A stretch of 64,000 nucleotides of DNA, taken from NCBI GenBank assembly GCA_945902215.1, contig CAMDML010000007.1:4178-68177 (forward strand), written 5' to 3'. Shown here in pieces: positions 1-9,105 of this stretch. The position numbers and the translations under genes are program-made. A model generated the notes under the pieces. The model did no database searches, was not told the origin of the DNA, and worked only from the letters and a program-made list of their open reading frames with translations. The stretch comes from Klebsiella pneumoniae (GTDB lineage Bacteria > Pseudomonadota > Gammaproteobacteria > Pseudomonadales > Pseudohongiellaceae). Every line of letters starts with the position of its first letter. Positions within the stretch are counted from its first letter, which is position 1.

Positions 1-595
1 GCTCACCAAGATCGGCGCGCAACTGGCCCCACACGGCATTGAGTGCCGCACGATGCTGCGCCAGATTGCCGGCATCGACACATATGACCTTCTGTAACAG
101 CGGCTGCCGCGGCGGCGCCGTCAGGTCCCAGTTCAGCTCCCACATGCGGCCGACCGGCGCGTACAGTTGCAGATGTTCTGCCAGGGCCAGATGACGGTCG
201 CTGGGAAATCCGTAGCCCAGCAGATACGGTTGTTTGAACCCAATGTACTGTTCGAGAAACGCGCTGCCGGCAAGAAAGAAGGGGCTCTGTTTGCGCACTG
301 CTCCCCGTACAGCAGGATCTACCATCACATCAACGATCTGCATCGCGGTTGCCGCCTTGCCTTTGTAATAGATGTCGGCCCCCATGCCACCGTAATGACA
401 AACCAGTGCGCCGTCGCGGTACACACCGACTGCGCCACTCTCCATGCCACTCTGCGGGCGGCGATATTTCCAGTCCCACAGCGCAGCCGACATGTCCTTG
501 TTAAAGATGTTCTGAAACAGGCTGCGCATCGCCGGCGCATCGGTGGCATCAAGCTGGCGCGCGGTCAAGGTACTGACGCCTGGCTGCGCATCCAT
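1..595 (-). CDS. Acyltransferase-like protein (GNAT/FemAB-like fold suspected), N-terminal 198 aa only; gene continues past the left edge
   Basis: Own translation of the minus strand gives an open frame from ATG 595-593 (ATGA overlap with the wzt stop) to position 1: MDAQPGVSTLTARQLDATDAPAMRSLFQNIFNKDMSAALWDWKYRRPQSG... It is absent from the ORF track because it has no stop inside the window. The family call rests only on the LWDWKY-type motif and context. Confidence 0.5.
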   Translation of the reverse strand, partial: MDAQPGVSTLTARQLDATDAPAMRSLFQNIFNKDMSAALWDWKYRRPQSGMESGAVGVYRDGALVCHYGGMGADIYYKGKAATAMQIVDVMVDPAVRGAVRKQSPFFLAGSAFLEQYIGFKQPYLLGYGFPSDRHLALAEHLQLYAPVGRMWELNWDLTAPPRQPLLQKVICVDAGNLAQHRAALNAVWGQLRADLGE

Positions 596-1815
596 CAGGG
601 CAGCCATTTGTGCGGCAAATCGACCAGCCCGCGTGCGAGTCCCTTCTGTTCGACATTCAGTTCAGCTGCCTGCACCACTGCTTCGTAAATGTGCAGGCCC
701 TGCTCACACATCAGGTACACATCGATATTGTAGTTGCCTTTCAGCAGCGGAAATTTCGGAAAGCTGACATGCGCCCGACCGTAGCCAAGCGCATTGACGT
801 GCAAGGAGATGCCATCGTTGACCGAGCCCAGGCTGGACAGAATGCGTCCGTCACCACCCGTGAAGGCAATACCAATGCTGGGTAGCGGCACGTTGCTACC
901 GGGTTCGAAGCGCACGACAACATCCAGCGTGCTGTGGCCGCTCAGCACCTTGTGCGCGCGCGCGGTCTTGCCGTCTACCGTGACGGCGATATCCATAATG
1001 TGCGGCATTTCGCCGGGCATGGGTGTGACTGGTATGGCAGGCGTCTCAGGGGCAGCATCCGTTTCCATGTTTTCTGCGCGCGGAGCCTGCATGCGCAGAA
1101 ACTCACCATATTCGGTGATAACTGTAGCAGGAGCGCCTTGGGCGCGAATGCGACCTTCGTCGATCCACAGCACGCGGTCGCACAAGGCCTCGACCTGATA
1201 CAACGAGTGCGAGCAGAAGAAGATGGTCTTGCCGGCGCGTTTGAAATCCATGATGCGGTCAAAAGATTTGCGCGCGAACATGCCGTCACCGACCGACAGC
1301 GCCTCATCGATAATCAGGATGTCGGGGTCGATGTGGGTTGCGATTGCAAATGCGAGGCGCACGAACATACCGCTTGAATAGGTTTTGACCGGGCGGTGGA
1401 TGAACTCTTCAATGCCGGAAAATTCGACGATCTCACCATAGATCGCATCGGTTTCGCTCTTGCTCAAACCCTGAATCGAGCAATTCAGGTAAATGTTGTC
1501 GTGCCCACTCATTTCCGGGTGGAAGCTCGCGCCAAGCTCCAGCAGCGCTGCGACACGACCCTCAATGTGCATGGTGCCTTCCGATGGCTGCAAGGTATTG
1601 GCCAGGATTTTCAGAAGGGTGCTCTTGCCCGCACCGTTTTTGCCGACCACGCCGACCACTTCGCCATGGCGCACGTCAATGCTGATGGCGCGCAGTGCGT
1701 AGTATTTCTGGTGGTGCTCCTTGCCGCTGAAAATTTCCTTCACGCGGTCGAAGTCGTGGTTGTAGAGCCGGTAGAACTTGGATACATCCTTGAGCTGGAT
1801 AATGGCTTGCGTCAT
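595..1815 (-). CDS. wzt: ABC transporter ATP-binding protein, Wzt/KpsT-type glycan exporter with C-terminal extension
   Basis: Walker A GKNGAGKST, signature YSSGM, Walker B ILIIDEAL. Start trimmed to MTQAIIQLKDVSKFY (ATG 1815, ATGA overlap with the wzm stop). About 155 aa of beta-rich tail follow the NBD, resembling Wzt C-terminal glycan-binding domains. Confidence 0.85.
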   Translation of the reverse strand: MTQAIIQLKDVSKFYRLYNHDFDRVKEIFSGKEHHQKYYALRAISIDVRHGEVVGVVGKNGAGKSTLLKILANTLQPSEGTMHIEGRVAALLELGASFHPEMSGHDNIYLNCSIQGLSKSETDAIYGEIVEFSGIEEFIHRPVKTYSSGMFVRLAFAIATHIDPDILIIDEALSVGDGMFARKSFDRIMDFKRAGKTIFFCSHSLYQVEALCDRVLWIDEGRIRAQGAPATVITEYGEFLRMQAPRAENMETDAAPETPAIPVTPMPGEMPHIMDIAVTVDGKTARAHKVLSGHSTLDVVVRFEPGSNVPLPSIGIAFTGGDGRILSSLGSVNDGISLHVNALGYGRAHVSFPKFPLLKGNYNIDVYLMCEQGLHIYEAVVQAAELNVEQKGLARGLVDLPHKWLP

Positions 1816-2624
1816 CACAGCACCTCCCGCACATACGGCAGACTGCGCCGAAAAATTGCCCAGCATGGGCCGAGCAGCACCAGCCACAGGCCGAACAGAC
1901 GCGCAATAGCTTGCCAGTCGAGGGTCGTGGTATCGACCACGGCATGGATAACCGCGACAAGATCGGCGAAGGGGTTCAGCCATAGCCACTGCTGCATACT
2001 TTCCGGCAGCATGTTGGGGAAATAGAGAATCGGTGTGCTGTACATGAGCAGCATCAGCACGAAGGGCAGGGCTTGGGCGAAATCGCGGAGAAAAAGCCCC
2101 AAAACAGAAAAGAGCAGCAGCAGCGGCAGGAGCCATAGCAGCAGCAAGGGCACGACGACTAGCGACTGCAGCGCCGCGAGCGGGCCAAGAAACGCCAGCA
2201 CTACCGCGCTAAACACCAAGACATGCACCAGTGCCGGAATTGCCAGGATTAGCACCGGCAGCAGCTCCACCGGAAACGGCGTGCGGCGGTACAGCGCACT
2301 GAATTCGCGGAAGAGATTCGCTGAGCGCGTCAGCACTTCGCTGAGCAGGAGCCAGGGCAACATGCCGATGAGCATGTATTCGAGAAAGCCATTGCCGCGC
2401 TCGATGCGCATGCCGTAGACAATGTCGAACAGGAACCAAAAGCCGAGTACCTGTAGTGCCGGCTGCAGTAACGGCCACAACTTGCCGAGCATCGTGCCGG
2501 AGGTACGGTTGACCAGATCGCGCTTCACCAGCATGCGCAGCAGCGAAGCGTGGGTCACGCAAGCCCGCAGCGGCACCAGCAGACCGTCGCGTATATCTTG
2601 GGCAAATCGGATCACAAAGTTCAC
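1815..2624 (-). CDS. wzm: ABC-2 type transporter permease (Wzm/KpsM-like)
   Basis: 269 aa, about six hydrophobic segments, with an N-terminal LVKRDLVNRTSGTMLGKLW motif typical of ABC-2 permeases. The candidate GTG start at 2624 overlaps the gspK stop (GTGA). Later GTG/ATG starts are possible. Confidence 0.8.
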   Translation of the reverse strand: MNFVIRFAQDIRDGLLVPLRACVTHASLLRMLVKRDLVNRTSGTMLGKLWPLLQPALQVLGFWFLFDIVYGMRIERGNGFLEYMLIGMLPWLLLSEVLTRSANLFREFSALYRRTPFPVELLPVLILAIPALVHVLVFSAVVLAFLGPLAALQSLVVVPLLLLWLLPLLLLFSVLGLFLRDFAQALPFVLMLLMYSTPILYFPNMLPESMQQWLWLNPFADLVAVIHAVVDTTTLDWQAIARLFGLWLVLLGPCWAIFRRSLPYVREVL

Positions 2625-3688
2625 TGCGCCAGCTCTTCTGCGTTTATCACAATCTTTGTGACCGGAATGGTTTGATAGGGATTGATTTTCAGCACCCGCG
2701 GTCTGTCAGCAAATGAGTTGATCTCGACGATTTCCGCATACGCCGTGGTTGGCTCATTATCCGGGGTCTGCCGCTGGTACGCCATGATCGAGTAATGGTT
2801 GGTGACACGACGACTGTTTAGCCAGGGGCGCAACTCCGCCATGCGCTCGGCCGGCACCAGTTGCGCGACATCACCGTTGCCGAGAAACTCATGGTCTTCG
2901 CGCCAGGCCACTATGGTGTCGATCAGTTCTTCGTCCAGACCCGGCAAGAGCCGCATCGCTTCGACCGTGGCGAGGTTCAGGTTGACGAGATCGCTGTCGC
3001 CGTAGAGGGTAAAGGCTGCATCGAGCTCAACATCAGCAAAGATTGCGCCGAAACCGCGAATTTCCAGAATCTCCTCAACCGTTTCCATGCGGCCGTTGCG
3101 CGCCTCGTAGGGCAGTTCCTGCTCGCCGTAATACTCGCTTTCGGCGCCCGTGGGGCTGGGCTGTGCGTTCAGGTCCAGCCAGTCGGCCCAAGCCGACATC
3201 AGCTCGTCGAGTTGGTCGGTATCCACATCTTCACCTAGTTTGTATTCGAGCATGGCACGTAATCTTGGCCGACTGATCTCGGTGAGGTTGATCTTGCCGG
3301 CATGATCCTGGATACGCACGACAATATCGTCAGCCTGGGGCCAGGCCAGTTGCAGCTCGGCACCCCGGTAGTTGCGGTAGCGCGGATTGACCGGGTTCTT
3401 GAGCTGTTCATCAATGCTCAGGACCGGGGGATCCATTACGTCCAGCATGATTTCCATTTCCGCCTGGTTCAGCGCTGCGAGCTCGTTCGCCCAATTGCCC
3501 AGATCCTCTTGATGAAACTGCGCAACCCGGGCAGAGAGCCGGTTCTGGCCGGCCAGCACCGTAACCAGAATGGTCAGCAGCGTAATCGTCCACAGGGTGA
3601 TGATGAGCACAGCGCCGCATTCTTTCTGGCCCAGTTGTTTGTGGAATTGTTGCTGGCGAAGATGCCTGTGAAGTTGCAGACGCTGCAT
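2621..3688 (-). CDS. gspK: Type II secretion minor pseudopilin GspK-like
   Basis: N-terminal hydrophobic helix GAVLIITLWTITLLTILV without the Glu5 motif, about 355 aa, last gene of a G-H-I-J-K pseudopilin series. Start trimmed to MQRLQ (3688), just after the gspJ stop. Confidence 0.75.
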   Translation of the reverse strand: MQRLQLHRHLRQQQFHKQLGQKECGAVLIITLWTITLLTILVTVLAGQNRLSARVAQFHQEDLGNWANELAALNQAEMEIMLDVMDPPVLSIDEQLKNPVNPRYRNYRGAELQLAWPQADDIVVRIQDHAGKINLTEISRPRLRAMLEYKLGEDVDTDQLDELMSAWADWLDLNAQPSPTGAESEYYGEQELPYEARNGRMETVEEILEIRGFGAIFADVELDAAFTLYGDSDLVNLNLATVEAMRLLPGLDEELIDTIVAWREDHEFLGNGDVAQLVPAERMAELRPWLNSRRVTNHYSIMAYQRQTPDNEPTTAYAEIVEINSFADRPRVLKINPYQTIPVTKIVINAEELAQ

Positions 3689-3689
3689 A

Positions 3690-4361
3690 TCAGTTTCCTG
3701 GCGCCACAGGAGCAATTTCGACATGCTGCCAACTGCGGATCGGCGCAACAATGTCGAGTTCGGGCTCACCCGCGTCTTCATCAAGCGGCGTCAGCAGCAC
3801 ATGCACCGCCAGCGGCAAGCTCTGCTGTTCAGTACCATTCCACTCCTCCAGCCACTCCTTTTCGTCCGGATTGCGCTGCAGCAGATACCGAAAGGTGGCG
3901 CGGTACCCGGGCAGCAACTGTACGGGCTCCAACGCGTCGAAGCGCGCAGTTGGATTGTCGGTGAACGCGGGCGTCAGCTTGAGCATGAGTCCTTGTTCGT
4001 CATCCGATACCAACTGCCAGGCTGTCAGTCCGGTGCGGCGCTGCGGTGATACGGTTGATACAAAATTGAGCACGTCATCGCCGCCCTCAAAGTAAACATG
4101 GCGCGACAGACGTTCGTTGTCGATATAGGTATGCGGAAACGCCCCGAGTAGCGCGCGCTCCAGTTGCAGCACAACCAGCGTCTTGTCGAGAGTTGCATCG
4201 AGCCCCGAGGTTTCGTTCTGCCAGTCATTAACGACGGCGTAGACTCCCGCGCTCAACATGCCCAGCAGCATAGCCGTCAAGGTCATCGACAGCATCATCT
4301 CCAGCAAGGTGAAGCCGCGCGCCGCGTTCGGGTTAAGCAGGTGGGGATGCGTGCGGTTCAT
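3690..4361 (-). CDS. gspJ: Type II secretion minor pseudopilin GspJ-like
   Basis: Prepilin-type N-terminus MNRTHPHLLNPNAARG/FTLLEMMLSM. Size (223 aa) and position fit GspJ. Confidence 0.75.
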   Translation of the reverse strand: MNRTHPHLLNPNAARGFTLLEMMLSMTLTAMLLGMLSAGVYAVVNDWQNETSGLDATLDKTLVVLQLERALLGAFPHTYIDNERLSRHVYFEGGDDVLNFVSTVSPQRRTGLTAWQLVSDDEQGLMLKLTPAFTDNPTARFDALEPVQLLPGYRATFRYLLQRNPDEKEWLEEWNGTEQQSLPLAVHVLLTPLDEDAGEPELDIVAPIRSWQHVEIAPVAPGN

Positions 4362-4741
4362 TCCGGCAGATCCAGTTCCACCCAGTAGGCACCACTGGCT
4401 ATGACTGCACCGGATTCATCGCGCAGCTCGTAGCCGCGCAACTTATGGGTGGTGCCCAGCAGGGCGCGCTCATCAGGAACGTCGAGTTCAATATCGGCAT
4501 CAAGCTGCATACCGGGGACTTCTACCGCAAGCAACAGTTCGCCGCGCGTGTCGTCGAGCTGTGCCTGATTGATCAGGCTGCGCACTTCGGTGGCGCGAAT
4601 CAGCGCATCCTCTGAACGCCACGCCAGGCGCTTGTTGCCGCCGATGACGGCGAACAGGCCGCCCAGCGCCATGCCGGTGATTGTCAGGGCGACCAGCACC
4701 TCGAGCAGCGTGAAGCCGCGCAAACTGTTATTCCGCTGCAT
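4358..4741 (-). CDS. gspI: Type II secretion minor pseudopilin GspI-like
   Basis: MQRNNSLRG/FTLLEVLVALTI prepilin motif, about 127 aa. Start trimmed to ATG 4741. 4-nt overlap with gspJ. Confidence 0.7.
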   Translation of the reverse strand: MQRNNSLRGFTLLEVLVALTITGMALGGLFAVIGGNKRLAWRSEDALIRATEVRSLINQAQLDDTRGELLLAVEVPGMQLDADIELDVPDERALLGTTHKLRGYELRDESGAVIASGAYWVELDLPE

Positions 4742-5252
4742 CGGGCTCTTCTCCGTTGTATGCGGTGGTGATGCGGCCGGTAATCGGGTCGACACGGATC
4801 AGAGCTGAGCGTTCGTCGCGGCTGAACCCGAGCCGGCCGCCGGTGCTACCGCCTTGCGGAAAAAAAGTCACGGCAAGTTCGCTCATTGCTTCGGGCGCTT
4901 GGCCGAGTTCATCCTGATAGCTCAGCGTGAGGTCTTCGCTCACCCAGTGCGCATCATTGTCACCCGTCTCTACGGCTTCGAGCTGGTCTTCATAATCGGA
5001 AGCCCGGGGATCAAGCGTGAACAGGGTGGCGGTTTTGGGCGCACCTTCGACGATGGCCATGCGGCGCGCAAAGGTGAGCGTAGCGGCGGCGCGGCGCACC
5101 TCTGCCCTGAAGGCGCTGTTATCGGTAAGGGCAAGGTTGGGGGCGATCAGGCCGGTGGCGATGGCGATAATCGACAGCACCACCAGCAGTTCCAGCAGTG
5201 TGAAGCCTGTGCAGGCCGCTGGTGCTGGTTTATTGCTCGATGTCGGCGTCAT
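4728..5252 (-). CDS. gspH: Type II secretion minor pseudopilin GspH-like
   Basis: MTPTSSNKPAPAACTG/FTLLELLVVLSIIA prepilin motif. Start trimmed to ATG 5252. Sits between gspG and gspI. Confidence 0.7.
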   Translation of the reverse strand: MTPTSSNKPAPAACTGFTLLELLVVLSIIAIATGLIAPNLALTDNSAFRAEVRRAAATLTFARRMAIVEGAPKTATLFTLDPRASDYEDQLEAVETGDNDAHWVSEDLTLSYQDELGQAPEAMSELAVTFFPQGGSTGGRLGFSRDERSALIRVDPITGRITTAYNGEEPDAAE

Positions 5253-5634
5253 CGCCCTCACCGCCCGGCGCGCCGTCGGCGCCCTGGGACAGCAGGTCAA
5301 AATCCTTGTCGCCGGGCGTGTAGACATAGTCGTTGCCCCAAGGGTCCTTGGGTACGACATCATCACGGATGTACGGGCCGCCCCAGATGTCGCGGCCCGT
5401 GTCGTTTTCAACCAACCCTTCCATGCTGCGCGGATAACCGCCGATATCAAGCCGGTAGTTGTCGAGCGCGGTGGCCAAGCTATCCATCTGCGTCTGCGCG
5501 GCCGATACCTGCCCCTTGCTGATATTGCCGAACAGCGCGGGGCCCACCAGCGCTGCCAACATGCCCAGAATGACCATGACGACCAGAAGTTCCATCAGGG
5601 TGAAGCCGCGGTGCTTGTTGATATGGGGGTTCAT
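5230..5634 (-). CDS. gspG: Type II secretion major pseudopilin GspG
   Basis: MNPHINKHRG/FTLMELLVVMVILGMLAALVGP plus the conserved core ...LDNYRLDIGGYP...DPWGNDYVY, characteristic of GspG. Confidence 0.9.
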   Translation of the reverse strand: MNPHINKHRGFTLMELLVVMVILGMLAALVGPALFGNISKGQVSAAQTQMDSLATALDNYRLDIGGYPRSMEGLVENDTGRDIWGGPYIRDDVVPKDPWGNDYVYTPGDKDFDLLSQGADGAPGGEGDDADIEQ

Positions 5635-5677
5635 GCTGTTTTCCTCGCTATGCCTTCTTCACCAGGGCAGGGTTCAC

Positions 5678-7864
5678 TCACAAGCCCGCTTCGCGCAACA
5701 GATTGGACACGTTGGTGAAGCTGGCGCGGAATTCCTGTAACTGCGCATTGTCGCTGCCGTCACCACGGATAATCTGCGGGCGCAGGATGATGAACAGTTC
5801 GCGACGTTCACTCTTGATCTGCTGATAAGAGAACAGTCCGCCCAGCACGGGAATCTTCTGCAGATAGGGCACACCGGAATTCTGGTCCGAGCTGTCGTCC
5901 TGAATCAAACCGCCGAGCGTAATGGTCGACTGGTCTGACACCACGACGGTCGTGGTGATTTCCTGATTGGTGAAGGTTGGGTTGCCCGCGACACCGCCGG
6001 CACCGGCTTCCTGGATCGACGACAGTTTCTGGACGATCGCCAGATTTACGAAACCATCGGCATTGATGCGCGGCGTAATGGTCAGCTCGATACCGACATC
6101 CTTGTAGGAAATATTCTCGCTGGTCACACCGTTGCCAACCGTGGTCACGCCGTTATTAACCGGCACTTGCTGGCCCACCTTGATCGCGCCTTCCTGGTTG
6201 TTGGCGGCGAGCAGCGTCGGCCGCGCGAGTAACCGCACTTCGTTGTCCTGCGCAATCGCCTGCAAGGTTGCATCAATGACGGCCGAACCATCCATGAAGG
6301 TACGCGTCAGTACGAGGCCGGAGCCCTGATTAGCCAAACCGCTTGCAGGAGCAATCAGACCAGTAGGCAAGAAGCGCCCCGTGAGTCGCGCCGGGCCGGA
6401 GGCCGCATTGGCGGATACCCGGGTCCAATCAATGCCGAACGCAGTGCCATCGGTCAACGTAACCTGGCCGATCACTGCATTGATCAAGACCTGCAAGGGC
6501 ACCGTGTCGAGCTCGCTGATTGTGGTCAGCAGCTGGCGATATTCGCGCGGTGAGGCAAGCACGAGCAGGCTGTTGGTATCTTCATCCGCCACAATGGTGA
6601 CGGAAAGATTGGCGGAGACGACGCTTTCTTCATTGGCGGCGGCTCCTGTTGTCACACTGAATCCGCCAAAGGGGCCAACCAGCGTATTCTGTTGCTCGTC
6701 TTGCGCGATGCGGGTAAGGAGCGGACCCTGCGCTGCATTTTGGGCAGCCGCTTCCGCCTCCGCGTCTTCCTCATCACCGAATACATTGATCAGCGTTTCT
6801 GCCAGCGTCGTTGCCGTGAGATTCTTCACGCGGTAGACAAACAACTGCTCACCTTGCTCCTGGCTCTCGCCATCAAGAACACGCACCCAGCGCGTGACTT
6901 CGTCGAAGCCGCGCGCGGCTGGCGCGATAACCAGCACGGCATTGATACGCTCAAGTCCCAGCACCTGGTACGAACTCTGTTCACCTTCGATCAGCGTCAG
7001 AATTCCTTTCAGTTCCTCTGCCACAGCAGTCGCTTGTGAATTGACCAGGGGGTAGAGCTGAATGCCCTGATTGAGGAAGGGATCATCGTCAAGCACGTCA
7101 AGCAGCGCATTGATGCGTTCAAGTTGCTGCGGCGACGCGTAGATGCCCAACAGGTTGGCCGGGCCAAGACGGGTTACTGAGCCGCCGGGTTGCAAGAGCG
7201 GATTGATGATCGCTTCCGCTGCCTCGATGGAAATATACGTCAGCGGTGTCACCTGCAGCACTTCGGAAGAAGTGGCGTCGCCAAGCGTGTCAGGCAACAC
7301 AATCTCGGCAGGAATCGCTGACGCATTCACCGTGAACCTGTACACGTTGCCGGCCTGTTCGATGCTGACACCGGCGTTGCGTGCAAGCAGGCGCATCAAC
7401 GGCCAGATGTCGGCGTAGCGCAGCGGATTGTTGGCCGAAGTGCGCAGGCTGACGCGCGTATTGATGGTCGGGTCGAGGATCATGTTCAGGTTCAGCACCG
7501 CGCCGAGCTGTTCGAATACAACGCGCAGGTCTTCCTGCTCGTAGTTCAGCTCTACTACATCGTTCGCCGGCGGCTGCACAACTGGAGCGTCTTCGACAAA
7601 ACGGCCCAGCTGGATTACGCGCCCATCGCGGTTGATGTCAGCAATGTTTTCTGCGCGGGTATCCGCCGCAGCTTCTGGCTCAACGATCACTGCTGGTGCT
7701 GCCGCCGTAGTAGCGTTGCGGTTTGCGGCGGCAGTTGTCGAAGCCTCCGGGGCGTTCGTGCCCAACAGCGAGGCGCACCCGCCGGTCGTTATCAACAAAC
7801 CTGCCAGCGTCAGACGCAGCAATACGACCGGCGTGGCGAGCGCGCCAAAATTAAACTTGTTCAT
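5678..7864 (-). CDS. gspD: Type II secretion secretin GspD (possible lipoprotein form)
   Basis: N0-like domain (VELNYEQEDLRVVFEQLG) and C-terminal secretin motif VPYLQKIPVLGGLFSYQQ. ATG 7864 has GGAG 6 nt upstream. The signal sequence ends in ...LLITTGGC. Confidence 0.9.
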   Translation of the reverse strand: MNKFNFGALATPVVLLRLTLAGLLITTGGCASLLGTNAPEASTTAAANRNATTAAAPAVIVEPEAAADTRAENIADINRDGRVIQLGRFVEDAPVVQPPANDVVELNYEQEDLRVVFEQLGAVLNLNMILDPTINTRVSLRTSANNPLRYADIWPLMRLLARNAGVSIEQAGNVYRFTVNASAIPAEIVLPDTLGDATSSEVLQVTPLTYISIEAAEAIINPLLQPGGSVTRLGPANLLGIYASPQQLERINALLDVLDDDPFLNQGIQLYPLVNSQATAVAEELKGILTLIEGEQSSYQVLGLERINAVLVIAPAARGFDEVTRWVRVLDGESQEQGEQLFVYRVKNLTATTLAETLINVFGDEEDAEAEAAAQNAAQGPLLTRIAQDEQQNTLVGPFGGFSVTTGAAANEESVVSANLSVTIVADEDTNSLLVLASPREYRQLLTTISELDTVPLQVLINAVIGQVTLTDGTAFGIDWTRVSANAASGPARLTGRFLPTGLIAPASGLANQGSGLVLTRTFMDGSAVIDATLQAIAQDNEVRLLARPTLLAANNQEGAIKVGQQVPVNNGVTTVGNGVTSENISYKDVGIELTITPRINADGFVNLAIVQKLSSIQEAGAGGVAGNPTFTNQEITTTVVVSDQSTITLGGLIQDDSSDQNSGVPYLQKIPVLGGLFSYQQIKSERRELFIILRPQIIRGDGSDNAQLQEFRASFTNVSNLLREAGL

Positions 7865-7899
7865 ACCACACTCCGGACGACGGCTCACAGGAAGCTCCT

Positions 7900-9105
7900 T
7901 CAGAAATCCACGGTATTCATGCTGAACACGGCTGACAGCATGATGACTATGATACTGCCCACCCCAACGCCCAGCAGCACGATCAGCGTCGGTTGCAGCG
8001 CGTTGACGAGCCGTGTCATCTGGTCGCGTACCTGACTGTCAAAGGTGCGGGCCAGTTTTTTGAGAATGCTGCCGGTGCGACCCGACTCTTCGCCGACAGT
8101 CACCAATTGATGCAGCAACACAGGGAATTGTTTGGTCTTCGCCAGTGACACGCCGAGTCCTGCGCCGCCGCGCACATCCTCTTCCACCTGCTTTAAATGA
8201 TGTATCAGCTCTTCATTGGTGATCACGTCGCGTGCCACGCGCAAACCCTTGATCAGCGGAATGCCGGCGCCAAGCAGTGCGCCCAGGGTGCGGGCGAAGA
8301 TTGCCACATCCTTGTACAGCAGCACGTGGCCGATGAGCGGCAGGGTCAGCAGCCATTTGTCTTTGGCGCGTTTGCGGGCACTGTCGGTGTCGATCCAGCG
8401 CCAGCCGTACACGCCGAGCGCGACCAGCGGGAGCAGGACCCAGCCGTAATATTTGATGAACTGGCTCAGGTCGAGCAGGAACTGCGCAGAGCTGGGGATG
8501 TCGGAACCCACATCCTCGAACATTGCGGTGAACTGTGGCACAACGAAGATCAGGAGCAAGCCAACCGAGACAATGCCGACGAACAACAGAATAAAGGGGT
8601 ACATCAGCGCGGCCAGAATCTGTTTGCGCGTCTCCTCGGTGCTCTCGAGGAAGTTGGCGAGATCGGGCAACAGCTGATCAAGAATGCCGCCGGTTTCACC
8701 CGCACGCACCATGTTGAAATAGAGGCGTGAAAACACTTCCGGCCGCTGCTCCATGGCATCCGCCAAGCTCTTGCCTTCCTTCACATCGCGGCGAATGGAG
8801 GCCACCAGCCGTTTCATATGTTCTTTCTCTGTGATGCCTTCGAGCAACGACAGCGCCTTGTCGAGCGGCACGCGCGCTTCAACCAAGGTGCACAGCCCGT
8901 TGGTGAAATCGACAAGGTCCGCGTTGCTGATCTTCGAATCGCTGCGGCTCTGCACCTGCCGGCTTGTGACCTTGATGCGGATGGGCACAAGTCGGCGTGC
9001 CTGCAATTGTGCCACGGCTTCGCGCTCAGACTCGGCGCTGACCTGGCCGCTCGTCATGTTGCCCTGCGCATCGCAGGCCTGGTAATGGAAGTAGTGAATG
9101 CTCAT
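7900..9105 (-). CDS. gspF: Type II secretion inner-membrane platform protein GspF
   Basis: 401 aa with two GspF-type repeats and three TM segments. ATGA overlap with the gspE stop. Confidence 0.9.
   Translation of the reverse strand: MSIHYFHYQACDAQGNMTSGQVSAESEREAVAQLQARRLVPIRIKVTSRQVQSRSDSKISNADLVDFTNGLCTLVEARVPLDKALSLLEGITEKEHMKRLVASIRRDVKEGKSLADAMEQRPEVFSRLYFNMVRAGETGGILDQLLPDLANFLESTEETRKQILAALMYPFILLFVGIVSVGLLLIFVVPQFTAMFEDVGSDIPSSAQFLLDLSQFIKYYGWVLLPLVALGVYGWRWIDTDSARKRAKDKWLLTLPLIGHVLLYKDVAIFARTLGALLGAGIPLIKGLRVARDVITNEELIHHLKQVEEDVRGGAGLGVSLAKTKQFPVLLHQLVTVGEESGRTGSILKKLARTFDSQVRDQMTRLVNALQPTLIVLLGVGVGSIIVIMLSAVFSMNTVDF

Noticed and set aside
167-688. 173-aa plus-strand ORF at the left edge.
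   Set aside because: It has no recognisable motifs. It is fully overlapped by a minus-strand frame that starts with an ATGA overlap on the wzt stop and continues the operon, so the minus-strand frame is the better gene.
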